A stretch of 61,478 nucleotides of DNA. Origin: a virus. Taxonomy: Duplodnaviria > Caudoviricetes. The translations under genes and the position numbers were made by a program. A model generated the notes under the pieces. It made no database searches. It saw nothing but the letters and a program-made list of their open reading frames with translations, and had not been told where the DNA came from. The DNA lies in IMG/VR virus record IMGVR_UViG_3300020595_000038, positions 1 to 61,478 of that record, one strand, 5' to 3'. Below, piece by piece: positions 59,501 through 61,478 of the stretch. Numbering within the stretch: the stretch's first letter is position 1; every line of letters starts with the position of its first letter.

Positions 59501-61477
59501 ACCTGCTTCAACAGTGCCATCAATAGTTACAACAAATCTATCCCATTTACCTGCCATTCTATTTGTTAGAATACCATCATGTAGTTTTTGACCTCCAAAT
59601 GGGTTAAAAGATTCGTTTGGTTCAGATATTCTAATATAGGAGGAATCGTGATTGTGTGCAGGTAAAGCAGTTAAATACCCTGCACTTGCATGATTTCCCC
59701 AACCATGGGCTGTGTTCCAGTTACTATTATTGTAGCCTGTTGTAGTAACTAAGCCTAATACACTAATAAAATTATCAGGAGTATAATATCTAATATAACC
59801 ATCTTGAGATGCGTATATTCTATTTATAGCAGTTTTGTTATTATTCCCACTAGTTGTGTTAATCCAACCTGCTTGTATATATCCGTTTGCGTCAGTACGA
59901 ACTACTTTGTTTGCCTCATTGTTACGTCCTGTGTGTAGGTCTAGACCATCTAAAAGATCAGAATCTGCGGCTTTACCATCAGTTGCTAAGTATCCAGTTA
60001 GATCCTGATCACCAGTATATCCTGCTTTTGAATGGTCACCCCAATCATATGCAGTATTCCATTCTCCTGAGTTTCCTCCAGTTGCGGCTATAGTTCCTGG
60101 TACTACAAGAGCATTAGTAGACTCTGTCCATTTTAAAAATGAATCTGCTCCAAAATACCCTCTAAGGTTGTCATTACCTGTACCCTCATTTAGAGAAAGT
60201 CTCTCATGAGTTACATTAATATTGTAATTATTTGGATGCCATGTTTTTATTTTAGGTACACTACCTGATATTAAAAACTCAATATGATTTGAACTTGTAC
60301 CACCTGCAAAAGTATTATTACAATACCAGGTTCCATTTTCATTCCAAAAAACAGCCACAGAAACCTGTTCCGTTCCTGTTCCTGATATGTGACCTGTCAT
60401 TCTATAAGCACCACCTGTTGGCAAAGCAGCACCATCACTTGTTACAAGTGTTGCAATCGTTGTAATGCTTGCTGCGTAAGTTTTACCCCATTCTTCTCTA
60501 CCAACAACTCCTGCTTGGGTTACTTTACCATTTACAGTTAAATCCCCTTTAACAGTTCCTCCACCTATAGGTAAATACAATCCATTATGATCTCCATGGT
60601 CTGTAGGTATTGTAGGTTTATTAAGTATTAATGCGTCTCCAGATGTAGCAGTCCAGTCTGCCTGAACGTTTTTTTCTGCGTCTGTTGGTGCATAAGAGTC
60701 TGGAACTGTAGGTATTGTAGGTTTGTTAAGTATTAATGCATCACCAGAAGTTGCAGTCCAGTTTGATTGAACGTTTTTTTCTGCGTCTGTTGGTGCGTGT
60801 GTTGCTTGTGAATGTGTGTATGCAGTATCCCAATTGCCTGAGTTGTTTGTAAAAACACCACTATGATATATAGTCCTCCATGGATTCCATTTTTGAGCAC
60901 TATCGGAGTTGTAACTTCTATAAGACAACCCACCTGCATCATTATTATAGGTAGAGTTTAATTGAAGAGAATAATTACTTGCTCCAATTCTTACAACTGG
61001 CCCACTATGTGGTGCATTGTTAGCATATGTGAAATCTACAGATTGATCAGTTTGCAAATCAGCATCCATTCCAGGATGTGTATTCCAACCATTGTCCCTA
61101 AGAAATTTAGTGCTATCAAGGCCATCAAGTTTCTGTGAATCTGCTGCTTTTGCAGTCTTCCCCAAATAATCGTCATCATGGTTGTGACCAGATGCTGCAT
61201 ATCCTCCGTTAGCGTGATCTCCCCATCCGTAGGCTGTGGCCCATTGTGATGACTTTCCATGAGATTTTGTAAAAATTTCTCCATCAACATGAAGACCATT
61301 TGATATATCCCACCTTGTATTCCCTTGATCCCAAATAAATTGAGCAGAGGTACTTGTCCCTCTTAGAACAGTTATACCACCAAGATTACTACTAGCAGCA
61401 CTTCCTCCTTTATTAAGTTCTATATTCTTATCTTCTACCTGTAGGGTAGCAGTATTTAATGTAGTTGTCGTTCCATT
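56546..61477 (-). CDS. Long tail fibre, C-terminal part with S74 intramolecular chaperone (open at right edge)
   Basis: Frame open from 61477 (NGTTTTLNTATLQVEDKNIEL...); WG(N/D)H repeats; SDRRLKTNI...GLIAQEVE...VDYEHL. Confidence 0.9.
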   Translation of the reverse strand, partial: NGTTTTLNTATLQVEDKNIELNKGGSAASSNLGGITVLRGTSTSAQFIWDQGNTRWDISNGLHVDGEIFTKSHGKSSQWATAYGWGDHANGGYAASGHNHDDDYLGKTAKAADSQKLDGLDSTKFLRDNGWNTHPGMDADLQTDQSVDFTYANNAPHSGPVVRIGASNYSLQLNSTYNNDAGGLSYRSYNSDSAQKWNPWRTIYHSGVFTNNSGNWDTAYTHSQATHAPTDAEKNVQSNWTATSGDALILNKPTIPTVPDSYAPTDAEKNVQADWTATSGDALILNKPTIPTDHGDHNGLYLPIGGGTVKGDLTVNGKVTQAGVVGREEWGKTYAASITTIATLVTSDGAALPTGGAYRMTGHISGTGTEQVSVAVFWNENGTWYCNNTFAGGTSSNHIEFLISGSVPKIKTWHPNNYNINVTHERLSLNEGTGNDNLRGYFGADSFLKWTESTNALVVPGTIAATGGNSGEWNTAYDWGDHSKAGYTGDQDLTGYLATDGKAADSDLLDGLDLHTGRNNEANKVVRTDANGYIQAGWINTTSGNNNKTAINRIYASQDGYIRYYTPDNFISVLGLVTTTGYNNSNWNTAHGWGNHASAGYLTALPAHNHDSSYIRISEPNESFNPFGGQKLHDGILTNRMAGKWDRFVVTIDGTVEAGASKKLSNQNFEEYNQNRLFGTSAGETKVYNINLQYLQSGNKNNNGITYCAGFFDICFYSSPFPETWSARVKNKDGNWYPVTSLTKVGSAKLRGVMPIGNYATDIEFTLKARTSAPFVTGNITYGISEFEYYGNRIGAAEGGNISALGGYMSGVITTKSGTSNNWNTAYGWGDHASAGYIKDFDITDQTDTKYLRSNADDSFSGGLVSTARDEGIFGTYDSTKTDHVWAMGTGYKNHASGTNFGNLYGIAYKHTNNKTGGTMAGGHQIVFVNNGTAGAAIGMSGNIWTSGVVTASGGNSGEWNAAYDWGDHSKANYLTSYTDTNTQLTDAQIEEMGYIKTYTDTNTQLTDAQVGEMGYIKTDTNTQLNEEDIAKFGFTKNTGTLTSSNDRVYISDTRGAARAPSYYNDRYAQWDFQNNADTGVGGDGWHALLTVSKWSSWHSSHRQEQLIFSGDHLWRRTATSDTVWGTNKKIWDSGNLTNNSGNWNTAYGWGNHADAGYKTTDNNTTYNFAGSTFTSRNSGNAIAINSATSNMTGYTNGSSDAGYADGGLFVAAYSSSWVSQIFSNFRTGELSTRGKNSGTWQAWRKIHDSGHFSTTDVANGKTAHGWGNHADAGYKTTDNNTQLTTAQVRGKISASGNSQYNATTGVITSTNTNTQRSDEEITAVIDKAGYVTQANVNSSTVDKANGLAEVGYGSDEGTFYQTSGAFSGYSGWANYWIGNHGNGSTYYNTVDIRPFWGVPRYSRLEGGTQRQVWSYWTEENFTPSDYSVKSANETLSGSKTFSNSYNEFGNGHGSVSNDGGWNARVNVAGSSHARLDVKSVSDGIITTMYAHTGHGAGKIGTMSSHPIQFMTGGQTRGQVNAKGVLHMASDIVGFWDFSDRRLKTNIKPLENNLEKVMSLHPVSYQWKSGERKGKTNIGLIAQEVEEIVPEVVRDQERLEDSSTTTYKTVDYEHLVSVLIGAVQEQQEQINNLKLKMCTCHGK
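57642..58035. repeat. Identical 43-bp direct repeats in tail fibre
   Basis: 57642-57684 equals 57993-58035. Confidence 0.9.
60600..60796. repeat. Tandem 105-bp-period duplication in tail fibre
   Basis: APTDAEKNVQ..WTATSGDALILNKPTIPT twice. Confidence 0.85.
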
Positions 61478-61478
61478 A

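Noticed and set aside
61036-61299. Frameshift or separate gene upstream of the fibre ORF
   Set aside because: The fibre frame is open through 61477; the track merely began at an internal TTG
56546-61478. CRISPR array, DGR or shufflon from fibre repeats
   Set aside because: Repeats are in-frame, direct and irregularly spaced; no cas or reverse transcriptase, no adenine-only variants, no inverted cassettes
1-61478. Stop-codon reassignment
   Set aside because: Genes are intact and densely packed under the standard code; no suppressor tRNA

Overview
The window is a near-complete, AT-rich tailed-phage genome with podovirus-like architecture. The host is probably Bacteroidota/Flavobacteriia, judged from a canonical TTTG-N21-TAnnTTTG promoter, SD-less A-rich leaders, a DUF3127 SSB and a Bacteroidota-type integrase. 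The minus strand carries terminase, portal, scaffold and capsid (4.7-13 kb) and, at 33.9-61.5 kb, tail rings, a split nozzle, ejection proteins, a 2931-aa polyvalent protein and lysis genes. A repeat-rich tail fibre is cut by both window ends. The plus strand carries an accessory island (13.2-16.5 kb), tRNA-Arg(UCU), early genes, and recombination/replication genes. There are two tyrosine recombinases; I recognised no DNA or RNA polymerase. The strongest unusual signal is a pair of intact, covarying type I hammerhead ribozymes. Each starts within two bases of a stop codon in the early operon, and together they would self-excise a 990-nt three-gene RNA headed by an acidic Ocr-like gene. Other signals: DnaA-box-like 9-mers at most control regions alongside a phage DnaA domain IV protein, a CCWGG enrichment gradient, an acceptor-stem decoy after the tRNA, an envelope-spanning three-gene module, and a circularly permuted lectin inside a split nozzle. 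All calls come from motif reading by eye; no searches or folding programs were run.
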